Shown here: positions 1 to 14,930 of the stretch, piece after piece
Layout: each line of letters starts with the position of its first letter
Position numbering within the stretch: the stretch's first letter is position 1
Origin: Eledone cirrhosa
Lineage: Eukaryota
Assembly: GCA_964016885.1 (NCBI GenBank)
Contig: OZ024743.1
Coordinates: 145,204,001-145,268,000 of the forward strand
DNA: 64,000 nucleotides
Direction: 5' to 3'
Program-made: the position numbers and the translations under genes
Notes under the pieces: model-generated
The model's input: only the letters and a program-made list of their open reading frames with translations
Database searches by the model: none
What the model was told of the DNA's origin: nothing

Positions 1-772
1 GCCCAGTTCATCTGTGTCGACGTCTCAGAACTCCACCTCACTCTCATTATTATTTCCACACATTTTTCCACAGCAAAATCAATGTTAATGGATGGGTACA
101 GTGATACTACACCAATACTGACTATTATGCAGTTAGATAGGCTTTTGTTTTTGTTGCACTCATTGATTCTTCTGAGGAGGTCCTCTGTACTGTCACATAC
201 ATCTGGGGTCATCTTAATTATGGACCGTATAACCATAGAGAGGAAGTAGGAGATCCTGTAGTTGCTAGCGATATTGGGTCCGCATACAGGTCTTGTTGGT
301 GGTCCTGTTGTCGGGTCGTCGACTGTCTTATGGTCTTTGCGGAGCCCAAAGAAGGGTGGTATGTCATTTTTAGACGCCTGGAAGTTGTTGGCAGTGCGTC
401 TGCTTGGCTTTAGGATGTCGGTCCATATCATCCTGTGAACGTTGAAGCTTTTCTCTCTCCCCTCATGTGTTTGTTGTGTAACTTCGCTCGTGTTGGTGAT
501 GTGGGTTGCATATCCTTGATATAGTTCGGCATGCTGTCTATGGACATCCTACCAGATTTATCTGTGGGTAGACACACTACCTCACCATCCCTTGTGCGCT
601 GCTTGAGGCTTTGTTGGACCTCTGGTCTGTTTTGTCTCTTAGTATATCGGTCTACTATTTGTCTAATTTTATTTCTAGCTATGGTGAACTGTGCCGCTGT
701 CTCGTCATCTATTTGTTGTGGTATACAAACCCTTTTATTAAAAGGTAACTTAGTAGGATACATTTTACTCAT
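1..772 (-). pseudogene. Penelope-like element reverse transcriptase fragment (frameshifted, runs off the window)
   Basis: ORF 428-772 has VVCLPTDKSGRMS (PLE 'DKG' region). Downstream minus frames read IPPFFGLRKDHKT...PTRPVCGP...SNYRISYFLS, matching the PLE RT 'K.HK...RP' motifs. Confidence 0.7.
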
Positions 773-788
773 CTTATATGTTTTGTCA

Positions 789-2277
<1,489 letters not shown>

Positions 2278-2330
2278 TCGCTCTATACATATATCTCTTT
2301 ATTTGGTTATACATATATATATATATATAC

Positions 2331-2902
2331 AGGCTTATGGAATCCCCAAGATAGTGGACCCGATATCATTGCTCTACACCAACACCAAAGCCCAAGTCAT
2401 TACACCTGATGGGGTGACAGAGTTCTTTGAGATACTGGCTGGAGTGCTCCAGGGAGATACATTGGCTCCCTACCTTTTTATCATCGTAGTGGACTATTGT
2501 ATGCGCCTTGCACTGGAGAAACACTGTAAGACTGGCTCAGAGCAGGAGAGTTAAGACGAAAAAGATATCGGATGCTGAATTTGCCGACGACATAGTTTTG
2601 GTGACAAATACAGTGAAGGAGGCAGAGGATTTGATGCAGGAGGTTCAGACTGTGTCGATGAGTGTGGGGCTGAGAATGAATGAGACTAAAACGAAATATC
2701 TGGTAGAGAATGTTGCGAAGCCAGAGGGGATCACTAATGTAGGCGGGAAGCCGCTAGAATTGGTTGAGGACTTCCTGTATTTGAGAGCAAAGATTGGGAA
2801 TACGGAAGATGATGTGGTTGGGAGGAAGAGCAAAGCCTGGGTGGCGTGCCACAGCTTGAGATCAGTGTGGAAGTCGGACCTTCGTAAAGACCTGAAAATC
2901 CG
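2331..2902 (+). pseudogene. RTE-clade LINE reverse transcriptase fragment, cut off by a Helitron
   Basis: AYGIP...LYTNTKAQVITPDG...AGVLQGDTLAPYLFIIVVD, then EFADDIVL...GLRMNETKTKY...VEDFLYL (RT domains 4-7). Confidence 0.88.
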
Positions 2903-2922
2903 CCTATATATAAAACAGAAGA

Positions 2923-2953
<31 letters not shown>

Positions 2954-5900
2954 GTAACCGCAAGCATTTCTACATTTTACAACCGATTTGTACCAAATTT
3001 CATACGTAGGTTTCTGAAGTCCTATTACGCGTCGTAGGCTATTTTATTTTTCCGTACATTCATTGTGCCCCCACCCCCTCCCCCAGGGCAGATAACCCGT
3101 TTAAGCCTCTCGCTTAAACACTGTATTAGTACCTGATAACTTTTGAAGTTTACGTTAGATTTTAACTATACCGGGCACATCGGTTACCCGTTGCTAAAGA
3201 TGATGTTGAAGACACTGTCTATACCCGGAACAAGCAAGGGGACCCCCCAAGGAGCAGTAAGCCCCGGCGAGTCATTTATTGAATTTGGCTATTGTAATGC
3301 AGCAAAGCGTCATAGCTTCGATAATTGGTAGTCCAATAAAAGGAATTTTGAATTAGTTGTTATTCATGTACTACAGATGAAGATACAGTGAGGCACATTT
3401 ACTTTTATTTCAATTCAATTCAAGAGGACCCCTCGGGGACAATGAGCCCAATTCATTAACCTATAAAAGTTCAAACTGCCACAATAAAAAAAAAAGCACC
3501 ATAACCTCAGGAGCTTATATTAGATTCTTACAAAAACTAAACGAAATGGTTATTGCCTGCCATAAGATAAAGCACCACACATTCGTTATCACTTGAATTT
3601 TGCAAGGGAACCGCCTAGGGAGGGCAGTGAGCCCATTTGGACCACTTTTAAAGTTGATATTATGGTCGCAGTAAAACATTTCAACTTCTGGAAATAAAAG
3701 TCAATTTAAACGAAAGTTGTCTCATCGGTTACTCATGTCCTACAAATGGAGTAGCGAATTTTTAAATCCCCCTGACTTAACTTTAGTTTGTTTAGTTAAC
3801 TTTAGGATGATTGAATTTAATTTTGCACCCGGTTGTCTCCCCCGTGTAATTGCACCACAAGTGCGGAATGGGGAGTTAAATTTTTTTCCTTGAACTTTGG
3901 CGTCATTTTACACTCCTAACCAAGAAAGCACGATTTAACCCAGGTGTAAATTTTAACGTCTACTCTATGTGGATTGTGCTATTTCCCACTCATGCCTAAA
4001 CTGTGCGAATGATTGATTAGTTTTTGCACCCGGTTGTCTCACCCGTTTAATTGCAGCTTAATTAAGTGCGAAATGGCGACCTCTATCAGTGAGTTGTGTT
4101 CAGTAGATTTCATCACACTTATTTGTATTATCTAACCAATCAGACAACTCGAGTGTGGTTCATTGAGCGAAATCACTCCTATTTATATCGGTCAAGTCCG
4201 ACCTAGGATCACACTTCTTTTTTGGCTTCTGACAAGTGGTAGGTTTTTTTTACATGCGTACTCTCATAAGCTACCCCATGTTTCTGAAACGCATGCTTCT
4301 TCAACATTTGTCACCTTAAAGGAGGTTTAGTTAATCATGCTGTGATTTTTCGGCCATTTTTGCCTGTATCCTTTCAATGGTTAGTACTTAATTCGAACTG
4401 AACAAACATACTGACACTTATATACCTACCACACTATTTAATTTCCTTTATCACAAGTAGTCTATACGCTGCGTTGCCCCTAACTTAAAACCTGAAAATT
4501 TGACTGGTACACAAAATCTTGCAAAACATACCCACTTTCTCAGACCACATAGATTTATCACATTTTTTCACAATTTATATCCGTGTTTACTTACTTAAAC
4601 GTTATTTGTCCACTATTTTATGCGATCAGGCTCTCACAGAATGCTGTGCAGGCGGCAGCTGCAAGAGCGGAGGAGGATGACAGTCGGCGTGAACTTCGAC
4701 GGAAGAAAGATGCTGCCGCGTTACGTGGCATTTCTAGGACTTGCAATTCACGATGGTTGTTGAAGGCCTTTAACTACGACCCCTCCTCCGACTACGCTGT
4801 GCTTGCCTGGAAACCTGCACGTCTACAAGTCCCTAGACTCTATGGCTGATCCGGACGAAGTTCTTAATTACCCCACAGAATTTCTTAACTCCCTAGACCC
4901 TCCCGGATTGCCACGACACTTACTGCGACTTAAGAAAGGTGTCCTTGTCATGCTCCTCAGGAATTTGGAACCCCGAAGGGTTTCCAACGGCACGCGTCTG
5001 GTCGTCCAAAAGGTGATGCCTCATGTTATTGAGGCAACAATACTTACAAGATGTGGTAAGGGGGATACCAAGGATGTCTTCATACCAAGGATATCTCTCA
5101 TTCCTTCCGATAAAGACATTCCTTTCACATTCAGAAGGCTGCAATTCCCTCTCCGGCTCAGTTTCGCCATGTCGATTAACAAATCACAGGGTCAAACGCT
5201 GACGGTCGTAGGGCTTAATTTAGAAGAACCGTGCTTCTCCCATGGTCAACTATATGTTGGCTGCTCTCGAGTGGGGAGCCGACATAACCTATTTGATTTT
5301 GCAACTCGCGAGAAAACGCAAAATATAGTCTATAAGGAAATTTTGTAGGCACCCCATCCGCCAACAAGTAATCGCTGTTTTTTTTTGTATAAGTGCTTAC
5401 ATTTGCTGTATACGTGTACTATTTTTGTCCTTTTGACAATACCACGTACGCCTCTGAGGTTGCTTTTGCAACGTTATAAATGTTCAATATATCCGTTTTA
5501 CGCATTTATATATTACTATTACGATTTGTTATCGATATTCCATAGTTTTAACGTAATTAATCTACTTTTCCTTACATTTTATTTACACATTTTTTGTCAT
5601 TCCAGCGTGATATTGCTAAGGCCGTTTTTGTGGCCACCGACTGTTACATGCTTTTCTAGGTTACAATCTCAAATAACAAGCAAAGCAAATACGACACACC
5701 AAAGTGGTGTGAAGGACTTTTTAAGGGCCACCACCTCTAATAGGAGTCGTCTTTGCTGATAGCTCTGCCGCTGGGACTTTTAAGAGTGAATGATCCAAGG
5801 CCCTCTTCAGTGCCACCAAGTTTAAATTGTTACCATCGGATTCATCTTTGCTGGCAGCACCGCCGCTGAGATATTTCAAAGTGAACTTTCAAAGGCCCTC

Positions 5901-6020
5901 TTTAGGGCCAACACCTATAAATTGTTACTTCTATAGTCGTGTTTAACGGAAGTCTCTCGGTTCATTTGAACGACTACACCATTGAGAGTTATACCGGGCA
6001 ACGCCGGGTACTTCTGCTAG
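2903..6020 (+). mobile_element. Non-autonomous Helitron
   Basis: 5' end CTATATATAAAA followed by (TGTC)n. 3' subterminal hairpin ACCGGGCAACGCCGGGT, then CTAG (6017-6020) followed by T. Contains a PIF1 helicase fragment. Confidence 0.85.
4803..5348 (+). pseudogene. Helitron RepHel PIF1-type helicase, C-terminal fragment
   Basis: YPTEFLNSL..PGLPRH.LRLKKG..VMLLRNL...NGTRL; RRLQFPLRLSFAMSINKSQGQTL; FSHGQLYVGCSRV; TQNIVYKEIL. Confidence 0.93.

Positions 6021-6024
<4 letters not shown>

Positions 6025-6092
<68 letters not shown>
6025..6092. repeat. (TA)n microsatellite
   Basis: Seen directly. Confidence 0.97.
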
Positions 6093-6094
<2 letters not shown>

Positions 6095-7141
6095 ATCATA
6101 ATGTATGAATACATACATTCACACATATACACATATATATGTTCAAACACAACGCATGTGGGGAGGGTGCGTATACGTGTATGCGTGTGAGCACGTGTGT
6201 GTGTTTGCTTGCGGCACGGATGAATCGATCTGTTGTACACAAGATTTTTCTAAAATATGCTCTTGGATGTTTGTAATACATACACTTTTGAATTGTCTAC
6301 GTATTGTATGGTAGCTTACATAACGCCTACTTCTTTACAAGTATGTTTGATATATTACTTTGATGTAACATAATTTGTCAGCTATAGTACAGTTCATTAG
6401 ATAATTGATGCCTGATCAGATGATGTTCAGTTGTTAGCGAGCTACATAGTATTTTTGATGTTGCATACACAGTTGGTTAAGCGTTGTTTAGGCATTGCAT
6501 AGATAAAGTTGCATATCTTGTGCACAATCATTTAGATGTCTGTGATTTACAAATTTCCAAGCGTGACAAACATTTAAATAACCTTTGAAGAATAGGAGAA
6601 ATTAAGTATTATTATATTTTTGATATTGAACAGTACACTCTAATCAAAGTTGTCAGTTATACATACGCTAGGCTTCTTGCGTCGTTTACGCCTATCAAAT
6701 CCACTCACAAGATATTTATTTATGAACCCAAAGCTAAGTTGGATGACATGTAGTTGCGAAACGAACGACTTAATCATATGACCATGCATGTGCCCATATA
6801 TAAATACTAATATTTAGATAAAGCGTTAAAATGGTTTAATGACTTTTGAATAAACGATACCAAGTTTTTAGTTCTTCACACTATATTCTATGGCGTATCT
6901 TAACGATAAACGATGGGACACCTGTGTTTTTGTCATAACTATCGTTACCATGAAAATTGTTTGTTTGTTGTTTTTGTTTGTTTGTTTTCCCCCTAGATAT
7001 TGTCGTGTCCTATCCTCGTCTATCGTTGTAATAATGTCAAAGTGCTAATCTATCTTGAACAAACTAATATATTCATTTCGTTTCTTTCTTGCCAAATTAA
7101 TTCCTCTTTTCTATTTTCTTGATATTATTCATGAGATATTA

Positions 7142-7326
7142 GGGCGGTGGATTGGCAGTATCGGTAGAGGGTCGGACGCCATGCTTTCCAGCATAGTTAC
7201 GTCCCTTTACGATCTGAGTTCAAATCCCGCCGAGGTTGACTTTGCCTTTCATCCTTACGGGGTCGATAAAATAAAGTACCAGTAATGCACTGGATAATTG
7301 CTGGCCTTGTGCCTAAAGTAGAAACA
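7142..7326 (+). mobile_element. Octopus-type tRNA-derived SINE with 18 bp target-site duplication
   Basis: A-box-like TGGCAGTATCGG, B-box GAGTTCAAATCC, core CTTTCATCCTTACGGGGTCGATAAA. TSD ATTATTCATGAGATATTA at 7124-7141 and 7327-7344. Confidence 0.9.
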
Positions 7327-7379
7327 ATTATTCATGAGATATTACAACTCAAAGCATACTCTGTGAAAAAAAACAAATA

Positions 7380-7420
<41 letters not shown>

Positions 7421-7455
7421 TATAAGTATTAATAAAATAGATGTTCTTTTGATCA

Positions 7456-7518
7456 ATTACATTTTATTATACATATTTCGGATGTACAACAGTACGTCCT
7501 CATCAGACAAAATATAAT
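7456..7518 (-). ncRNA. Type I hammerhead ribozyme
   Basis: Minus strand: ATTATATTTTGT-CTGATGA-GGACGTAC tgtt GTACATCC-GAAA-TATGTA-TA-ATAAAATGTAAT; 12 bp helix I, canonical core, AUA site. Confidence 0.85.
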
Positions 7519-8334
7519 GATACATGACATACCATGAGATGTTAAATGGTTAAGATTTAATCAAGGTAGTGATTACCCGATAGAAAACTTTACTTATATA
7601 ATATCTGTGTGAGAGTGGGAAAACGTAATGAATTCATTAGAGAGTGTGTGAGTAAGAAAAAACGTTGCATACTTAAATTGTTCTAAAATTTTAAATTGTA
7701 TGATACTACATTCAATATATCTAGGGAAACGTCTCATAAATCATAACAGCCAGTGATAGCCACTGGAAAAAGATATATAAGGAAGGAAAGATAAAGTGTG
7801 TGTGGGGGGGGGGGTCGAAAGTTACACGGTTAGAATTTGAAAATATTTAATTTATAATATTAATGTGAAGACTCCAGATTTCAGGATTATTTGCTATTTA
7901 TTTATATATTATTTATATAAATTCGATAAGTGTGTTATCATTTCTAATCTTCTGAATTGTGAGAATAATATTTTAAAGGATTTAGCTGGCACGTAAAGAA
8001 TGAAATATTATACTGTTGATTAATTACCTAAATCTAAACTTTAAAAAATATCTCAACATATTAGGTATGTAAAGCTTTTGAAATACTTATTGTTATAAAT
8101 ATTTGAATAACTATTATGTATATAGGTATATATTAATGAGTCAGTATGTATAAGGTAAATAATACCGACGAAGATAAAAATAAAATAAAATAATATGTTA
8201 CAGATAAAATTTATACATATGTATAATTGGGTGTAAATGCACTAATTATTCTTCAACCAAGATATCAACATATTATTATTAGATATAGGGATGTATATAT
8301 ATAGATATATATTAGGTATTAATAATGTAGTATA

Positions 8335-8517
8335 GGTGGATTGGCAGTATCGGTAGAGGGTTGGACGCCATGCTTTCCAGCATAGTTACGTCCCTTTACG
8401 ATCTGAGTTCAAATCCCGCCGAGGTTGACTTTGCCTTTCATCCTTACGGGATCGATAAAATAAAGTACCAGTAATGCACTGGGTAATTGCTGGCCTTGTG
8501 CCTAAAGTAGAAACAAT
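8335..8517 (+). mobile_element. Octopus-type tRNA-derived SINE with 12 bp TSD
   Basis: Near-identical to 7142-7326. TSD TAATGTAGTATA at 8323-8334 and 8518-8529. Confidence 0.9.
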
Positions 8518-9816
8518 TAATGTAGTATACTTTAGGTAAATGATAACAGTTATACTCTTAACAACGTGCCACATTTAAATATATATATATATATACATAT
8601 AAGAAAAACGAACAATGAGTGCATGTATAAAGTTCAAAATAATGTCTATAATAATTTTTAGTTTGGATATTTTCACTATATTTGAATCATGTATATAGAA
8701 GTATGGTAGGTATATTTTAAAATATATAAAATACAATATATAACTACATATATATTATAAAATATTATATTATAAATAAATAAATAAATAAGCGATCGAA
8801 AGCACAGCGAAAAATTCACATTTATATATGTTTGAATCCGTCTCAAATTTAGATTTTATAGTGCAGTAAGTATATTTAAAAGAAATATATGCTATATTAT
8901 ACTATAAATAATAGATCAAAAAGTCATTAAACATTTAGAGTTATAGATAAGTTTCGTCAAAATTTTTGGATTGGGTATTAAAACTAAAATTTAAAAGAGA
9001 TTACAAATGTATTAAAAATTCACAGTTAAATAAATTCAATAGATATGTAAGGATTAGGTATTGTACTAAATTATAGATAAATGTTGGTGTTGATCAAAGT
9101 TAATAAATAAAGTTGTGTGTATCAATGTTTAGGCATGCTAATTGAAATATTGTCATTCATTCTAACGCTGTTTTTTTCTATAGATATTTATAAAATAAAG
9201 CAATATTAAAGGCCATTGATGTTTTTTACTGTTGATTATATATTCCTGGTTTACATATTAGCTTTACATACCTAATATGTTGAGATATTTGTTAAAGTTT
9301 AGATTTAGGTAATTAATCAACAGTATAATATTTCATTCTTTACATGCCAGCTAAATCCTTTAAAATGCTATTCTCACAATTCAGAAGTTTAGAAATGATA
9401 ACACACTTATCGAATTTATATAAATAATATATAAATAAATAGCAAATAATCCTGAAATCTGGAGTCTTCACATTAATATTATAAATTAAATATTTTCAAA
9501 TTCTAACCGTGTAACTTTCGACCCCCCCCCCCCACACACTTTATCTTTCCCTCCTTATAAATCTTTTTCCAGTGGCTATCACTGGCTGTTATGATTCATG
9601 AGACGTTTCCCTAGATATATTGAATGTAGTACCATACAATTTAAAATTTTAGAACAATTTAAGTATGCAACGTTTTTTCTTACTCACACACTCTCTAATG
9701 AATTCATTACGTTTTCCCACTCTCACACAGATATTATATAAGTAAAGTTTTCTATCGGGTAATCACTACCTTGATTAAATCTTAACTATTTAACATCTCA
9801 GGGTATGTCATGTATC

Positions 9817-9879
9817 ATTATATTTTGTCTGATGAGGACGTACTGTTGTACATCCGAAATTTGTATAATAAAATGTAAT
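9817..9879 (+). ncRNA. Type I hammerhead ribozyme (inverted twin of 7456-7518)
   Basis: CTGATGA 9829-9835, helix II GGACGTAC/GTACATCC, GAAA 9856-9859, predicted cleavage after A9867. One change weakens stem III. Confidence 0.8.
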
Positions 9880-10030
9880 TGATCAAAAGAACATCTATTT
9901 TATTAATACTTATATTTTAATATTAATAACTCCTGAAAATTATTTTCGTTGAGTGCTTCCAATCTACTGTAAAACTCATTCTTTGAGATAATCATCGAAT
10001 ATTGTTTAACAACTTAATACTTATATATAT

Positions 10031-10719
<689 letters not shown>

Positions 10720-10722
10720 CGA

Positions 10723-11616
10723 CGAGGTGGGTCAGAAAAGTTCCAGGACTGATGTCACAAAAGATTTATTTCAAACTCAAACTTCACACTAAGAGTTTTC
10801 TCCTTCAAAGTAATCCCCCTGGAGTCTAATGCACTTTTCCATCCTTTTCTGCCACGCTTGCATGCACTCCTGGAAGGATTCTTCCGGGATCCTCCGCAGT
10901 TCCGACGTCACGACCTTTTTGATGTCGTCCACGTTTTCAAAACGGATCCCCTGGGTCATACTCGAAGATCCATGACTCGTCACCGGTGATGACTGTCCCT
11001 AGCATGTCTGGTTCGGTTTCAAGACGCTTGAGGATGTCCTAGCACACTTGAATGCGTCAACCATTCTGGTCATCGTTCAGCAGTTTTGGCACCATCTTCG
11101 CGCAGACTTTCCGCATGTCCAAATCTTCAGTGAGAATTTTCCAGACTCTGTCCCGATTCATCCCCAGCTTATTTGCCATCAGTCGAAGAGTCAGCCGATG
11201 ATCGCTACGCACCATCTGCCTGACGCGCTCAACGTTGACCTCAGTCCTGGTTGTTGAAGGCCTTTCGCTCCTGGGGTCATCTTCCACGTCCTCACGTCCT
11301 TCTTTAAACCTCTTGCACCACTCAAAAACACGTGAGCGTGACATCGTCTCATCTCCATACACTTGCTGCAGCAATCCCAGTGCTTCTGACGGAGTTTTCA
11401 AGTTTGTTCGTTGCTCTGTGCTCATTGCTTGATGACCTGAAACAGAGGAAATGTATATAAAATTATGAAGAAAAAAGTTTGATCACTGCAGAGAGCTAAG
11501 ATTACAGTTACATACACCAGGAGGATTACTTTGAAGGAGAAAACTCTTAGTGTGAAGTTTGGGTTTGAAATAAATATTTTGTGACATCAGTCCTGGAACT
11601 TTTCTGACCCACCTCG
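10723..11616 (-). mobile_element. Internally deleted mariner transposon with ~100 bp TIRs
   Basis: TIRs 10723-10822 / 11517-11616, TA on the right. Transposase remnants: VYGDETMSRSRVFEWCKRFKEGREDVEDDPRS, KMVPKLL, WQKRMEKCIRLQGDYFEG. Confidence 0.93.
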
Positions 11617-12000
11617 TATATAAGATGAATAAAGTGTGTATGACGCACATTCGTTACCGAATGCTAAAAAGCTCAATGTGTTAATCACTTAGGAAAGAAT
11701 ACAGAGCATAATTTAAATCAATTGACAACCAAAGAAGGTACTTTAAATTATTTTATTAATGGCTACACGCGTTTCAACTTCAATGTTACCAGTCAACATT
11801 AAAATATCATCAGGAAATTAATTTGGGATTAGAGGAATCAAGTCCCAAAGAAAAACAAGAACCCATAGTTAACAAGGTAAAGAAAGAGGTTTTTATAAGA
11901 GAATTATTAAAAGAAAGTTATTTTCTATCCGGTGAGGGAAAGGCTAAGGACGATAGAATTCGGCACTAGTGACGTCGCAATTCTGAGGAAACTGAGGTAA

Positions 12001-12112
12001 CTGGAATAACGCGAAATAAAGTATCTGGCTCAAGAACACAATGCATCACCCAGTCTAGGTATCAAACTCACAACCTCGCGATTGTGAATCCGACGCTCTA
12101 ACCACTAAGCCA
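12001..12112 (-). mobile_element. 5' tRNA-like head of a second SINE family (relative of 62207-62564)
   Basis: Minus strand TGGCTTAGTGGTTAGAGCG (A box)...GAGTTTGATACC (degenerate B box)...TGTGTTCTTGAGCCAGATAC. Confidence 0.75.
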
Positions 12113-12199
12113 GGGTGGGTGGAAAGAGACACCCTATAGAACATTTATGATTTTGAACAGAATAGTGGTAGAAGTACAGTACAGTGGTAAAATTCTACA

Positions 12200-12460
12200 T
12201 AGGCACCACCATTGTCCACCAGTGTTTGTAATCGTCTGAATACATCATCGACAGACTTCTTCAGGAACTCGAGCGGTATATTGGACAGAAAATGACGAAT
12301 TCGTTCCTCAATAGAATCAGATTTTTTTTAGCTTAAACGTCTCTTTTCGCCCACCTCCACAAGAAAACATCGTATGGCGTTAAGTCAGGGCCTTTTGCTA
12401 ACCATTCACGTGGATTTCGATGTCCCAGCCAACGTCCTGGAAATTGAACATGAAGCCACT
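12200..12460 (-). pseudogene. Degraded Tc1/mariner transposase fragment
   Basis: Minus strand EWLAKGPDLTPYDVFLW resembles the WP..SPDLTP.DFFLWG motif. Confidence 0.6.
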
Positions 12461-12469
12461 ACTTCCGCT

Positions 12470-12728
12470 AAATTTAAAGAAAAGATGAAAGATTTAGTAC
12501 AGCTTTATCTGAATTAATTTGGTCGCTTAAAAATATTCTCTTTCTTGGCACAAACTTTCTAATGCTTTACCTTATAAAAATTCTTCCATTTCTAAGAATT
12601 GTGATCTTTGTATCACTGAAATTCTTTATATGCTTAATAATAGAATATTAATTATTAATAAACGTTCTGAGATCTTTAATTCGTGCCTCCACCGAATCTC
12701 GAAAACGTTTCATAGCATTTTTAGTTAA
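12470..12728 (+). pseudogene. Penelope-like GIY-YIG C-terminal fragment related to 54583-55336
   Basis: Reads STALSELIWSLK...PYKNSSISKNCDLCITE...INKRSEIFNSCLHRISKTFHS, paralleling TALSELIWSLK...CNLCLNE...RRSDLFSICLHK. Confidence 0.75.
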
Positions 12729-14000
12729 GCTTTATAACAAAATAGAGAATATTCCTTTATATATAATTTTTAATTATTGTCTTCAACTATTCTCGAAAAC
12801 GTTTAGAGTTCTTAGTTAAACTTTATGAAAAATAACAAAATAGGTGTTATTGCTTTATATATAGTTTTTAAGCGATTTTGTTATCTTTATTTTGAAAATC
12901 TAGATTATTGGACAAAATAAGTTAAATAATTTTTCTCCGTTACAATTTTTCTCCGCTACAATTTTTCCTCTACCTTAACTTTAGGTTGTATTTAAATAAA
13001 TTGAATTTAATATAAATTGATAAATTATGCTATAATGCATACATCTTTTCTTTCTAAAATACTTACACAAAGTATGTATAGTCTCTCCTATTCGTATATT
13101 ACTTAAATAAGATTGTTGAATTGTTAAATTTGACCTCGGTAATTATTTCCTTCTTTTGAACTAAATAATTTACCTCATAGCATTATAATCTGCTCAGTTA
13201 TATATATATATACATATATAAAAAACCCATATCAATTATTAAATACTTTCCTACTCATATAATTTCAAAATCAATTTGTACATAAACAAAGATAATTTAC
13301 CTACAAATTTTGTAATCCAAATTCTTTATCCCTTATTATTACATTTTCATAATTACCACTTTCGTTTCCTAGAATATTTTTTCTTTTTTTTTTCTTTGAT
13401 TAAAATCTCACAACTCACTTGTATGTATAAACACTAAATCAAAACCCCAAACACGTCAAGAACCCGACATAAAATGAGATATAACTCAGTTACAATTTAA
13501 CTGTTGGCTCGGAAGAATATGGTCATGTATTTGGGGACTCTTTATGTATACTGATAAATAAAATACTTGAGAATTAAGAGAAAAAAATCGTTTATTATTC
13601 ATATACAAATTTTACATGAATAATGATAAATAAAATACTTGAAAATTTTTCGCACATTAAAAATTTAATGAAATACATAAAATAAGCAATAAGATGAACT
13701 TGTAGATACGATATATGATTTATATATTAATAGAACATGTCATATAGGAAATACGATGCCAAAATATAGTTTGTATATCTGAATATCTGAATATATTTGT
13801 ATACATATTCATAATCAGTCACAAGCACGCTTATAGTTTTATACATACGTAATTTTCTAGAAGGAGGAAAAGGTGGCGCCTATGACTTTCAACGGCATGT
13901 AAGAGAGATTAGTGGTGTAAAGTGGTTCCAATTCAGAATTGAAGTACGAAGCGTTCTTGATATACTGGCAGACAGACACATAAATGAGCGCGCTAAATAT

Positions 14001-14930
14001 ACGAGGTAAACTCAAAAGGTTTTGAGACTTTTTCTTTTCATGCATTTTTAATTAATTTACGTACTTATCACTTTAATACATCCTTGATATGGCTATAATA
14101 AGCTAAAATGCCAAATCATTTTCTTTTCCGGTTGAAGGTTCAACACTTTAAACACTACCCATCACACATGTCTTGTCCAGCTTATTGAATCCACAATGCA
14201 GTCAAGACGTGAGGACAGCTTGAAGGCTCTATTTGTAATAAAGTTTTGTGTCAAGTCCGGCAAAAATGTTGCAGAAACCTATGAAACGGTCATAACTGCT
14301 TACAAGCTAAATTTCATGAGCCGGATGACTGTTTTCCGCTGGTACAATTGGTTCCAGGAGGGCAAGGAGCAGGTGCGGAACGAGGAGAGATGTGGCGGAG
14401 AGGGGTGGGGGGGGCATCAAGATGCCAAAGCTGGTCGACAAAATTCGCAGCAAATTTCTTGACGAGGATCGTTGTGCAGCTTTTCTGACGATTGCTAAGC
14501 AATCTGAAGTGACTAAGGGCACCGTGCACTGAGACATTCATGACGATCTGAACATGCGCTAAGTTTTTACAAAGTTCGTTCCGGGGTTTCAATGAAAATC
14601 AAAGGCAGAAGCGCATTGATGACCGCAGGGAGATGGTCGAGTGGATTGCTTCGAATCCAAGTGTCCTTGAATCTCTGGCAACCAGTGACGAGAGCTGAGT
14701 CTACTGTTATGATCCAGAGATCAAGAGACAGAGTGCCTAGTGGAAATATTCTGACTCCCCAAGACCCAAGAAGGCCAGGCAAAGCGGGTCCACCGGGAAG
14801 CTCATGATGATCCCATTCTTCAACAGCAAGGGCATCATCTACATCTACTGGGTCCCCACGGCCAGACAGTCAACAGACATCCTCCCCACAGTCCAGTTTG
14901 GATATTTCCTAAGCTGAAAGAGAATCTCAG
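14001..14930 (+). mobile_element. Degenerate mariner, truncated by the Penelope element
   Basis: Starts TACGAGGTAAACTCAAAAAG. ORF has IKFCVKSGKNVAETYE...VFRWYNWFQEG, plus later catalytic-domain remnants. Confidence 0.85.

Larger units (their letters stand above)
7411..10022. mobile_element. Non-coding Penelope-like fold-back element: ~665 bp inverted arms (7411-8076 / 9260-9923), a hammerhead in each arm, ~100 bp extension on the right, flanked by (TA)n
   Basis: Arms are near-identical reverse complements. The spacer is AT-rich with no recognisable ORF and holds a SINE. Confidence 0.8.

Noticed and set aside
7142-7240. tRNA gene
   Set aside because: The A/B boxes belong to a SINE head with a TSD; there is no cloverleaf.
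11761-11820. Minus-strand hammerhead (CTGATGA...GAAACGCG)
   Set aside because: Good helix II, but a non-cleavable GUG site and no helix I pairing; a decayed relic.
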